Assembly (NCBI GenBank): GCA_964423025.1
Contig: CAYRDH010000001.1
Location: 2,500 to 66,499, forward strand
Reading direction: 5' to 3'
Source of the DNA: an uncultured Candidatus Saccharibacteria bacterium
GTDB lineage: Bacteria; Patescibacteriota; Dojkabacteria; SC72
DNA: 64,000 nucleotides
Shown here in pieces: positions 27,080 to 35,498 of the stretch (positions are counted from its first letter, which is position 1; every line of letters begins with the position of its first letter). The position numbers and the translations under genes were made by a program. The notes under the pieces were generated by a model that was not told where the DNA came from, did no database searches, and saw only the letters and a list, made by a program, of their open reading frames with translations.

Positions 27080-27126
27080 ATGAATATGATTGAGCTAATT
27101 TTTAAATCTGTGATCGTATACTGTCG

Positions 27127-27237
27127 TTAGATTGCTAGTAAGCTAAGCAGTATTGGTGCAACGATTCCTCCTACAAGGATTATTGCTATTCCTATGTTTA
27201 TAGCTGCTTTTAATCTCTTTTTAGTCTTTTTCTTCAT
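27127..27237 (-). CDS. Candidate 36-aa small membrane protein (not in the ORF track)
   Basis: ATG at 27237, TAA at 27129-27127. Translation: MKKKTKKRLKAAINIGIAIILVGGIVAPILLSLLAI (basic N-terminus plus one TM helix). It fills the otherwise empty gap between the relA-like stop (27247) and the recG start (27079) on the same strand. Confidence 0.4.
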   Translation of the reverse strand: MKKKTKKRLKAAINIGIAIILVGGIVAPILLSLLAI

Positions 27238-27246
27238 ATCTCTATT

Positions 27247-28788
27247 TTATCCTTTTCTTCTATATTTTGAAAGTTGATTTCTAATTCTGAATTTTGTGGT
27301 TTCTGAATTAACGTCTCGTAACGCCTCTATCTTCTGGTATTTCTTATTTTTGTCTCTTTTTATTTCTACCACATCTCCTGTTTTTAACTTCGTAGAAAGT
27401 TTCGCTGCTTTGCCGTTTATTAGAACCCCTATTGCGCTATTTCCTATCTCTGTGTGTAGCTTGAATGCAAAGTCTAGGGCTGTGTCATCTTCATTTAAAT
27501 CCAGGATCATGCCTTTGGGTGTGAATGGGAAGACCTCATCTTTGTATATGGAGCATTTAACTGGGCAATTTATTTTGTGTTCTCTCTCTTTCTTAGTTTT
27601 CTTGAAATTTTTATGTATTTCTTCGACCCAGTCATATTCATTGGTTGGTTTAGCATATCTTGATTTGCTGGCTTTATATGCAATATGTGAAGCAGGGCCA
27701 TATGTGTTGTGGTAGTACATGTCTTTCGTCATTATTTGGATCTCTATCTTTAAATCTGAGATTGAAGGGAATTTAATTGGGAATTGTATTGCTTTGTACC
27801 CGTTTGGTTTGGGGTTTGATATATAGTCATCAAAGAGATCATAGTCTGGTTCTCCATTGTCCATTAATTTCTCTAAGACAAAAAAACATTCATCTTCCTT
27901 ATTTGTGAGGATCCTAAATGCAATTAGGTCGTCGACTTTTGTGATGTTTGGGTTTATCCATTCTTTCTCATACTTCTTGAGCTTGTTGTATATGCTGTAT
28001 TTGGACTTTACTCTGCCTTCTATTTTTTTTTCAAATTTGAGATCTTTAAGAGTCTTTTCTAGAAGGGTTCTGTATTTCTCTAATGTTTTTTCACAGACCT
28101 CTGCCTCCTCCATCTTCTTGGAGATACTGACAGATTCTATTGGTAAGTATTCTGAGAATGCATTTTCCTCTATTTCCTTCTTGATCTCATTTAGATCTAG
28201 ATATTCTGCTAAGGGAGAGTAAATGTTTAGTGCTTTTCTCAGAGTATCTTTTTTCATCTCGTCGGGGATGTTTTCAACACTTCGAATGTCACATAGCGTG
28301 TCTAGGATTTTGATGATGACAGGTCTTAATTCATCAGAGCCATTCAATATGTATTTTATTGTTACCTCCTCTGGGGTCTCCTGACTCTCTGTCGCTCTCT
28401 TTATCTCTTTGAGTCTAACTAACATATTTACAACTTCTTTCCCAAAGAGGTGCTCTACCTTTTTAAGATTATCTTCCGTTTCAGGTGTCTCATGTAAGAG
28501 GCTTGTTATGGCAGAGTTTGTATCTAGTCCAACTTCGGTTGTAAGTAGTGCGATGTTTAGAAGATGTTCTAGGACGAGTTCTCCTCCGAATCTTCTGTCC
28601 TCTTTGTGGAAATCTGAGGAATATTCAAAGGCTTTTTCAATATCCTCTCTAAAATCTTTTGGGATTCTCTTTAATAGTTCTTTAATTTTTTTCTGTATCT
28701 TTTTGTCCATGTTTAAAAAGGTTTTGGTTTTTGGATTGAAGAAGGTTTTAGAAAATCTTTCTTCTATGCCTTGAATGTAATCTTGCAT
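27247..28788 (-). CDS. RelA/SpoT-homologue (p)ppGpp synthetase with degenerate HD domain and TGS domain; no ACT domain
   Basis: Synthetase motifs GRVKSKYSIYNKLKKY, DLIAFRILT, DDYISNPKPNGYKAIQF and IEIQIMTKDMYYHNTYGPASHIAYK. The TGS domain shows VFPFTPKGMILDLNEDDTALDFAF..INGKAAKLSTKLKTGDVVEI. The HD region reads LLHETPETE instead of LHD..ED. Confidence 0.88.
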   Translation of the reverse strand: MQDYIQGIEERFSKTFFNPKTKTFLNMDKKIQKKIKELLKRIPKDFREDIEKAFEYSSDFHKEDRRFGGELVLEHLLNIALLTTEVGLDTNSAITSLLHETPETEDNLKKVEHLFGKEVVNMLVRLKEIKRATESQETPEEVTIKYILNGSDELRPVIIKILDTLCDIRSVENIPDEMKKDTLRKALNIYSPLAEYLDLNEIKKEIEENAFSEYLPIESVSISKKMEEAEVCEKTLEKYRTLLEKTLKDLKFEKKIEGRVKSKYSIYNKLKKYEKEWINPNITKVDDLIAFRILTNKEDECFFVLEKLMDNGEPDYDLFDDYISNPKPNGYKAIQFPIKFPSISDLKIEIQIMTKDMYYHNTYGPASHIAYKASKSRYAKPTNEYDWVEEIHKNFKKTKKEREHKINCPVKCSIYKDEVFPFTPKGMILDLNEDDTALDFAFKLHTEIGNSAIGVLINGKAAKLSTKLKTGDVVEIKRDKNKKYQKIEALRDVNSETTKFRIRNQLSKYRRKG

Positions 28789-29978
28789 AGCTTCCTTCCT
28801 ACTCTGATTTCTGGTTGGTTGGAAGTATTGACGGGATAGTTATATTGGGTGATTTTTTTGTCTGCTATCTTCACAGCACCCTGCTCTATTAGTCTTTTTG
28901 CTTCTGATTTGCTACTTGCAAAGTCAATATCTACGAGTAGTTGGTTTAGTGGAATCTCTTTCTCTGAGACTTCTTTCTGTGGTATTTCTACATCTTTATC
29001 TTTGTTCTGAAAAACGGATTCGAAGAACTCTTGGGCTTGCTTTGCTTCTTTTTCACTAGTTATTTCTGAGGTTATCCTGAAAGCCAACTCTTTTTTAAGT
29101 ATCATTGGGTTTTCTCCGGATTCTAATCTCTCTTTGTATCCTTTGACTTCGTCCATAGTGGCGAAGGTTAGGATTTCAAAGGCCCCAAGAATCATGTCAT
29201 CGTTGAAGGCCATCACTTTCCCATAAATGTCTTCTGGTTTGTCGTTCATTCTGATCATGTTACCTTCTGTCTTTCCCATTTTCGTCCCATCTGCAGTCTC
29301 TAGAAGTTTTGCAGTAAGAACGATTTTATCTTTCCCTAGTTCAGACATTATTAAATCTCTTCCAGCCAACATATTAAATAGCTGGTCATTGCCTCCAACT
29401 TCAACATCTATATCCATCATTACACAGTCGTATCCTTGCATGACTGGATATAGGAATTCATTTAGATGAATTGGTTTGTTCTTGTCTAACCTCTTCTGGA
29501 ACATATCTCTTTTTAGCATCTGCTGGACTGTAAATTTGGAGGCAAGCTTTATTATGTCTCCAAAATTTAGTTTCTCTAGCCATTTGCTGTTGTAAAGTAT
29601 CTCTACAGGATTCTCTTTGTTGTTAATATCTATGATTTTAGAGGCTTGTTCGACATAACCTTTCATGTTTTGCTCTACTTCTTCCTTTGTTAACATCTGC
29701 CTTGTTGCAGCTTTGTCGGAAGGGTCTCCTATTCTTGCGGTAAAATCGCCTACGAGGAAAATGACGTGATGGCCGAGTTTCCTAAAGTCTTCAAGTTTTC
29801 TCATACCTACGGTGTGACCTATGTGTAGGGTGTCAGCTGTTGGGTCAAATCCTTGGTAGATATTAAGTCTTTTGCCAGATTCCAATAAAGCTTTGAGAGC
29901 ATCTTCGGTTGGGAGTATCTGTTCAACTCCTTTTTTCAGAATTCTCTCTATTATTTCTTTGTCTTTTTTAATTTCCAT
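28764..29978 (-). CDS. tyrS: Tyrosine--tRNA ligase
   Basis: GFDPTADTLHIGH (HIGH motif), KMGKTEGN (KMSKS-type motif), and a C-terminal S4-like domain (SKSEAKRLIEQGAVKI). Confidence 0.93.
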   Translation of the reverse strand: MEIKKDKEIIERILKKGVEQILPTEDALKALLESGKRLNIYQGFDPTADTLHIGHTVGMRKLEDFRKLGHHVIFLVGDFTARIGDPSDKAATRQMLTKEEVEQNMKGYVEQASKIIDINNKENPVEILYNSKWLEKLNFGDIIKLASKFTVQQMLKRDMFQKRLDKNKPIHLNEFLYPVMQGYDCVMMDIDVEVGGNDQLFNMLAGRDLIMSELGKDKIVLTAKLLETADGTKMGKTEGNMIRMNDKPEDIYGKVMAFNDDMILGAFEILTFATMDEVKGYKERLESGENPMILKKELAFRITSEITSEKEAKQAQEFFESVFQNKDKDVEIPQKEVSEKEIPLNQLLVDIDFASSKSEAKRLIEQGAVKIADKKITQYNYPVNTSNQPEIRVGRKLCKITFKA

Positions 29979-30029
29979 GCAGAATATTATATATATATTA
30001 TGTTAAGTTTTCCACCTTACAGCGAATCC

Positions 30030-31250
30030 TTAATTGCTTTTTAAGTATTTCCTGTTCTTTAATTTGTCCGGCATACATTGCTGTTCTGATTTTTTAGATT
30101 CTAAATTGTGGTCATATTCATATCCTTTCCCATAGCCAATGTTCTTCATTAGCTTTGTGGGTGCGTTTCTTATATGCAGGGGGACAGGAAGGTTGCCATA
30201 CTTCTCTATGTCCTGTTTTACGAGATTTTCTACAGCATAAGCAGTGTTGTCTTTGGGTGCTTTTGCTAGATATATTGCAAGTTGTATTAGGAAAACTTCA
30301 CATTCTGGCATGCCAATTTTCTGGCAAGATTCGTAAACGTTGTTTGCTAGTGTCAAAGCATTGGGATCTGCATTCCCAACATCTTCACTTGCAAATCTTA
30401 ATAATCTTCTTGCAACATAAAGTGGGTCTTCTCCTGCACTGAGCATTCTTCCGACCCAATAAGCAGCAGCGTCAGGATTGGAGGACCTCATGGACTTGTG
30501 TATTGCAGATATTATGTTGTAATGTTCCTCTCCATTCTTGTCGTAATATATTGGCTTCTGAATGGTGTCTTCTAGTATCTCCATTGTAATTTTGGCTTTC
30601 TTCTCTTCTTCTTTTTTCTGAGAGATGGCTATGGTGCTTGCCATTTCTAAGATATTTAATCCTGAGCGAATGTCTCCATTGGAAAGATTTGCCATTGCTG
30701 CTAATTCTTTCTTCCCAACAGTCAAATCTGGGAATTCCGCCTTTGATATTTTTTTCAGTAAAGCCTGTATATCTTCTTCACTTTGTTGTTTAAAAACAAA
30801 GACCTTTGTTCTGGAAAGTAAGGGGGTGTTGACTGTAAAAGAAGGGTTTTCTGTTGTTGCCCCTATTAGTGTTATTAACCCTTTTTCAACATAAGGAAGG
30901 AGGGCATCCTGTTGGGCTTTATTCCACCTATGTATTTCATCTAAGAAGAGTATGGTCTTTTTCCCATATTGCTTATTTGCTGTCGCAATCTTTATTATTT
31001 TTCTTAATTGTTCTTTACCGCTGTTTACTGCCAAGAGTTTGTGAAAGTCATAGAAAAGATTAAGAGATATGATGTAAGCAAGGGTTGTTTTCCCTGTTCC
31101 AGGAGGTCCCCAGAATATCATGGAGGGAATCTTGCCTGTGTCCAAGAATTTTTTAATGGGACCATTCTCCCCTATGAGGTGTTCTTGGCCAACAAAATCT
31201 TCTAATTTCTTAGGTCTATATTTTGATGCTAGAGGTTCATAATTTGCCAT
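30030..31250 (-). CDS. rarA: Replication-associated recombination protein A (AAA+ ATPase RarA/MgsA)
   Basis: LASKYRPKKLEDFVGQEHL, Walker A FWGPPGTGKTTLA, LFLDEIHRWNKAQQDALLPYVE, and a MgsA C-terminal region (HYNIISAIHKSMRSSNPDAAAYW). ATG at 31250 is preferred to the TTG at 31256. Confidence 0.93.
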   Translation of the reverse strand: MANYEPLASKYRPKKLEDFVGQEHLIGENGPIKKFLDTGKIPSMIFWGPPGTGKTTLAYIISLNLFYDFHKLLAVNSGKEQLRKIIKIATANKQYGKKTILFLDEIHRWNKAQQDALLPYVEKGLITLIGATTENPSFTVNTPLLSRTKVFVFKQQSEEDIQALLKKISKAEFPDLTVGKKELAAMANLSNGDIRSGLNILEMASTIAISQKKEEEKKAKITMEILEDTIQKPIYYDKNGEEHYNIISAIHKSMRSSNPDAAAYWVGRMLSAGEDPLYVARRLLRFASEDVGNADPNALTLANNVYESCQKIGMPECEVFLIQLAIYLAKAPKDNTAYAVENLVKQDIEKYGNLPVPLHIRNAPTKLMKNIGYGKGYEYDHNLESKKSEQQCMPDKLKNRKYLKSN

Positions 31251-31323
31251 AATCAATTATAGCGTTATTTTCATTGTAAAGGAATTTGGTATAATTTCTG
31301 AAATAATTTTATAGGTTTAATTC

Positions 31324-32118
31324 ATGGAACAGATAGAAATCAATATAGAGTCCAGAGAAAAATATTCTCAGATTAAAGATAAGACCTTTGTTATTGGGAG
31401 TGTTAGAAATGCAACACCAGAAGTTGTTGAAAAATTTGAGGACTTTGTTAATTATTTAGAAACTCGTGAGGAGCCAGTTATCGTACATCTCCCTCATAGG
31501 GACACTGTACAAACAAATACAGGCTTGCAGATATGTACACAGAATGAGGCAGCTATAGCTGATCCAGAGGCTCCTGTTATAGTTATATTTTATGATGAAA
31601 CTTCACAAGGGAGTCATTTTGATATCGGTGCTACCCTTGCAAATGGTAAGGAAGTTTTTGTCGCAGAGTATATTTCAGAGGGAGGTTGGTTTGCAGATTT
31701 GCTTCGGGAATGGGAAGAGAAAGGTCTCCCTGCAGAGTTAGATGAGGAGGATGTGACGGTAGATGAAGATATGGTGTTTCTTATAGCGGATGTCGATGAA
31801 AACACATCACAGAAGGAAATCTCTAGGATACAAAGTTATGTGGACCGTTTAGAAAAGAATGGCCTAAAAGTTTACTGGCCATATATGCACGGTCCAAAGG
31901 ACGCAACAAAATTAGAGGAGGCTTTAGAATACAGAAGAGCTATGAAGATGGCAGGTAGTGTTCATACATTCTACACGCCAACAAATAAGACATTTTTCTT
32001 TCTCGGTTTGGGATTTGGTTGTAAAAAACCTCTCACTGTTGTTAAAAATGTAGAGTATGGCCCTGGAAAGTCATATCCAAGAATGATAGATGAGTGGGAA
32101 GAAGCAACTAGAGTTTAA
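31324..32118 (+). CDS. Hypothetical protein: internal tandem duplication of a nucleoside 2-deoxyribosyltransferase-like (DUF4406-like) Rossmannoid domain
   Basis: Half 1: KTFVIGSVRNAT..VHLPHRDT..QNEAAIADPEAPVIVIFYDETSQGSHFDIGATLANGKEVFV..LLREWEE. Half 2: MVFLIADVDENT..VYWPYMHGP..RRAMKMAGSVHTFYTPTNKTFFFLGLGFGCKKPLTVV..MIDEWEE. Half 1 resembles the D.GT.fE.G.a.a.gKP motif region of the 2-deoxyribosyltransferase fold. Confidence 0.4.
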   Translation: MEQIEINIESREKYSQIKDKTFVIGSVRNATPEVVEKFEDFVNYLETREEPVIVHLPHRDTVQTNTGLQICTQNEAAIADPEAPVIVIFYDETSQGSHFDIGATLANGKEVFVAEYISEGGWFADLLREWEEKGLPAELDEEDVTVDEDMVFLIADVDENTSQKEISRIQSYVDRLEKNGLKVYWPYMHGPKDATKLEEALEYRRAMKMAGSVHTFYTPTNKTFFFLGLGFGCKKPLTVVKNVEYGPGKSYPRMIDEWEEATRV

Positions 32119-32130
32119 TAATACAAAATC

Positions 32131-32577
32131 ATGTCTATAGAAAGTATAAGTTTCGAAGAAGCTATCTCAAGAAAGAGCGACAGGTTGTGTGATTATGATC
32201 GAAATATTAGACTCTTTCAAATAGAGGAACATGTTGAGGAACTTGTAGATGAAACTTGTAAATTTCACAAAGAGGATACTGTAGTAATTCCTAATTCTGA
32301 AGCTGATGGAGATATCGTTGATGTATATCTGTCTAGAGGTGCTGGAGTATACGAGATTGGAATAAACCACTATTTCTTTAGGGAGTTCGTAACTTTTAAG
32401 GACATTCAAAATAATGATGTCTCTTTTGAAGTAATTCCTAAATATAGGAAGGCTAGTAAGATGCTCTATGATTACACCAATCATCCCAATATAACCTTTG
32501 ATGCTTTGGTCAGAATCCTTACAATGGTCTACAGAGTTGTCCAGAGGGACAAATTAAGACAGATAGAGGAAGATTAA
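32131..32577 (+). CDS. Hypothetical cytoplasmic protein (no recognised domain)
   Basis: Clean 148-aa ORF starting 12 nt after the preceding gene on the same strand. It has no TM segment and no motif I recognise. Confidence 0.5.
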   Translation: MSIESISFEEAISRKSDRLCDYDRNIRLFQIEEHVEELVDETCKFHKEDTVVIPNSEADGDIVDVYLSRGAGVYEIGINHYFFREFVTFKDIQNNDVSFEVIPKYRKASKMLYDYTNHPNITFDALVRILTMVYRVVQRDKLRQIEED

Positions 32578-32578
32578 A

Positions 32579-33115
32579 CTACTCTTTGTATATGTAAAGC
32601 GGTTTGTCGTTTATAAGAGGGATTTTCTCCTCCCTTTCTATCCCTTTTACAGAATGTTTGTAAGAGTAAACCTCACCTCCACTTTTTATAAATTCCTCAA
32701 GCTTTGGTTTTAATATATCCAAACTCTTTTCGTCCAAATAGCAATACACTTTTGTAAATTTCTCTAAATCTACCTTAAAAATATCTTCAGGTTCAAAGAA
32801 GAAATCCCTACTTAGTGGGAATTGTAACGCTTTCTTTGTTCTAGCAATTATTAGCATCACTGGAGATATGTCATAGCCTGTGCATTTGCATCCACTGTTA
32901 CTGTAGGCTTTTAAAAGTAACCGCCCATCTCCACTTCCTAAATCTACAAGATGGTCTTCTTTTTTGAGGTCCATTATGTCAATAATTTCTGCAATAACTT
33001 CCTTAGGGGTTTTTAATAATGGTATTAAGAATGCGTTAATAAGCAAAGTTAGAACAAAACCTCCAATAAGAAGGATAATGACAGTCATTATTCCCAAGCT
33101 TATTCCGTTTAACAT
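32579..33115 (-). CDS. Membrane-anchored class I SAM-dependent methyltransferase
   Basis: N-terminal TM helix ISLGIMTVIILLIGGFVLTLLINAFLIPLL, then the SAM motif I VDLGSGDGRLLLKA and a following acidic strand (CTGYDISP). Confidence 0.65.
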   Translation of the reverse strand: MLNGISLGIMTVIILLIGGFVLTLLINAFLIPLLKTPKEVIAEIIDIMDLKKEDHLVDLGSGDGRLLLKAYSNSGCKCTGYDISPVMLIIARTKKALQFPLSRDFFFEPEDIFKVDLEKFTKVYCYLDEKSLDILKPKLEEFIKSGGEVYSYKHSVKGIEREEKIPLINDKPLYIYKE

Positions 33116-33156
33116 AATGGTATAATCCGTTTATTAATATTACATCTATATAATAG

Positions 33157-33837
33157 ATGATAGACGGGATTTTGTTAATAAACAAGGAGGCGGGTATTAC
33201 CTCTTACGATGTCATAAGAAAATTAAAAAGAGTCCTACCTCGCGGTCAGAAGATAGGTCATGCAGGAACTCTAGATCCTTTTGCAACGGGGTTGTTAATT
33301 ATTCTCTTGGGGAAATATACAAAGAGAATGGTTGAGATTTTGGAAATGGAAAAGGAATATGTTGTTAAAGGTGAATTTGGTTATGCTACAGATACCCAGG
33401 ATGTTACAGGGGAAAAGGTCAGCGAGGCTTCTGGTTTAGAAGTTGTAGAGAAAGCTAAGATAGATAAAGTGGTGAAGGAAAATTTCATTGGAGAAATAGA
33501 TCAAATACCTCCTCAATTTTCAGCAAAGAAGATAAAGGGTAAGAAGGCTTATGAATTTGCAAGAGAAGGGAAAGAGGTTAAGCTTCAACCTAAGAGTGTA
33601 ACAATTAAGAAATTTGAAATAGAATCTTATGATTGGCCTACCGTCACATTCAGGATTATTTGTTCAAGTGGTACCTATGTTAGAACTCTCGTTAATGATC
33701 TTGGGGAATCCTTAGGAACATATGCAACTGCAGTGGAACTTGAGAGGACAAGAATAGGAGAATACACGTTACAGGATGCTATTAAATCAGCAGAAATCTC
33801 CGAGGATATAGATTTAAATTTAAAGCTAATAAAATGA
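33157..33837 (+). CDS. truB: tRNA pseudouridine(55) synthase TruB
   Basis: GILLINKEAGITSYDV, the catalytic motif GHAGTLDPFATGLLIILLG, and QIPPQFSAKKIKGKKAY. Confidence 0.93.
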   Translation: MIDGILLINKEAGITSYDVIRKLKRVLPRGQKIGHAGTLDPFATGLLIILLGKYTKRMVEILEMEKEYVVKGEFGYATDTQDVTGEKVSEASGLEVVEKAKIDKVVKENFIGEIDQIPPQFSAKKIKGKKAYEFAREGKEVKLQPKSVTIKKFEIESYDWPTVTFRIICSSGTYVRTLVNDLGESLGTYATAVELERTRIGEYTLQDAIKSAEISEDIDLNLKLIK

Positions 33838-34526
33838 TAAAAGGTAAATTATATGTAGTGGCTACTCCCATTGGAAATCTCTCAGATATGACATTTAGAG
33901 CGGTAGATATTTTGAAGAAGGTCCCCTTCATACTTGCAGAAGATACGAGGGGAAGTAAAAAACTTCTAGAGAAACACGATATTCAAACCCAGCTTGTCTC
34001 ATACAGAGATGAGAATCATGATAAAGTTCTTGAGAAAATTTTAGAGAAATTAAAGATGGGGTTAGATCTTGCACTCATTTCTGATGCTGGGACTCCTTTA
34101 ATCTCTGATCCTGGATACAAACTTGTAAGGCATTTAAGAGAAGCCGACTTTGAGGTAATTGCTATTCCAGGTCCTAGTGCTGTAACTGCAGCATTGTCTG
34201 TAAGTGGTCTTCCAACGGACAGATTTGTTTTCTTTGGTTTCCTTCCTAAGAGCCAAACTCGTAGGGAGAAAATAATCTCCGAATATAGGGATTTACACAA
34301 CACTCTTATCTTCTATGAATCGCCAAAGAGATTGATTGGGTTTTTAGGCACAGTTTCCAAGGTTTTGGGGGATGTGAAGATATTTCTAGCCAAAGATATA
34401 TCAAAATTAAGGGAGGAGTATTTCTATGGAAAAGTTAGTGAAGTCGAAGAGGTTTTAAATGAGAGAAATTTCAAAGATAATCCCCATGGAGAATTTGTAT
34501 GTGTTGTTGATCCTAGAGAAGATTAG
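33834..34526 (+). CDS. rsmI: 16S rRNA (cytidine1402-2'-O)-methyltransferase RsmI
   Basis: KLYVVATPIGNLSDMTFRAVDILKKVPFILAEDTR, ISDAGTPLISDPGYKLV and IPGPSAVTAAL. There is a 4-nt overlap with truB. Confidence 0.92.
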   Translation: MIKGKLYVVATPIGNLSDMTFRAVDILKKVPFILAEDTRGSKKLLEKHDIQTQLVSYRDENHDKVLEKILEKLKMGLDLALISDAGTPLISDPGYKLVRHLREADFEVIAIPGPSAVTAALSVSGLPTDRFVFFGFLPKSQTRREKIISEYRDLHNTLIFYESPKRLIGFLGTVSKVLGDVKIFLAKDISKLREEYFYGKVSEVEEVLNERNFKDNPHGEFVCVVDPRED

Positions 34527-34536
34527 TTTTGTCTAA

Positions 34537-35415
34537 TTACTTTAAGAAAACCTTTTCGTAATTTTTGTCTGTTTCCTTTTCTAACTCCTCAGCAGAAATA
34601 TTCTTGACCTCTGCTGCTACTTCAATAATCTCTTTAACATCACCTGGCTGTGCAAATTTGTTCTTAATTTTTTTATTTTTTCTTACGGATTGGGGTGGTA
34701 AAAACGGTCCATCTGTTTCAAAGAGAATCCTGTCGATTGGTGTTGCCTTTAGAATCTCTCTCACATCTTCTCCACTTTTATATGTAATTATGGCATTAAA
34801 TCCTATACAGAAGCCTAGGCCCAGAATTGGTTTAAGATATTTAATCTCGCCAGTATAACTATGGAAGCAGCCTCGAGCTAGTCCTCTTCCTTCTTCTGCG
34901 ACAATACCAATAACATCTTCTACACATTCACTACACCCATTTACATCTCTTGCGTGTATGCTCAGAGGGAGATTGTTTTCAACGGCAATTTGAACATGTT
35001 TTCTGAATGATTCTTTTTGTATATCTTTTAATTCTTTTTTTACCTCTGGTGTAATATCTTTTTGCAAACCTATTTGGTAGTAATCTAGACCAGTCTCCCC
35101 TATTGCGCTAATTTGAGGGAGCTTCTTTTCCAGTATGGTCACAAATTTGTTAAGGAGTTTTTGAGATTCTTCATAGACGTTTTTAGTCCTTCCTTTGTCT
35201 ATGGTGTTTTCTTCGAAGAATGTAGGATGTAAACCCAAGGCTACCCCTATTGTATTTGAGTATTGTGTTCCTATCTCTAAGCTTGTCTGAATGTCCTCAA
35301 GGTCTGTGCTCTGAGTTAGTATGTACTTACCACCCTTCTCTAGAAAGGTATCTATTATCTTTGGCAGATCAGATTTTAGTGGCTCCATCGCCAAGTGTAT
35401 ATGTGCGTCGTGCAT
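34537..35415 (-). CDS. TatD-family metal-dependent hydrolase/DNase
   Basis: MHDAHIHL, AIGETGLDYY, LSIHARD, FHSYTG and FETDGPFL motifs. Confidence 0.9.
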   Translation of the reverse strand: MHDAHIHLAMEPLKSDLPKIIDTFLEKGGKYILTQSTDLEDIQTSLEIGTQYSNTIGVALGLHPTFFEENTIDKGRTKNVYEESQKLLNKFVTILEKKLPQISAIGETGLDYYQIGLQKDITPEVKKELKDIQKESFRKHVQIAVENNLPLSIHARDVNGCSECVEDVIGIVAEEGRGLARGCFHSYTGEIKYLKPILGLGFCIGFNAIITYKSGEDVREILKATPIDRILFETDGPFLPPQSVRKNKKIKNKFAQPGDVKEIIEVAAEVKNISAEELEKETDKNYEKVFLK

Positions 35416-35498
35416 GGCCTATTCTAACACATGTAAAAAGTTTAGGAAGATGGTTGATGGACGGATTTTTCCGAGATTATGGTAAAATATATTTTGAT

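Noticed and set aside
35250-35498. Upstream extension of the 35250-36209 ORF (319 aa in the track).
   Set aside because: The first 83 codons run antisense through the 5' part of tatD and have no signal-like features. The ATG at 35499 gives a normal basic N-terminus plus a TM helix just outside tatD.
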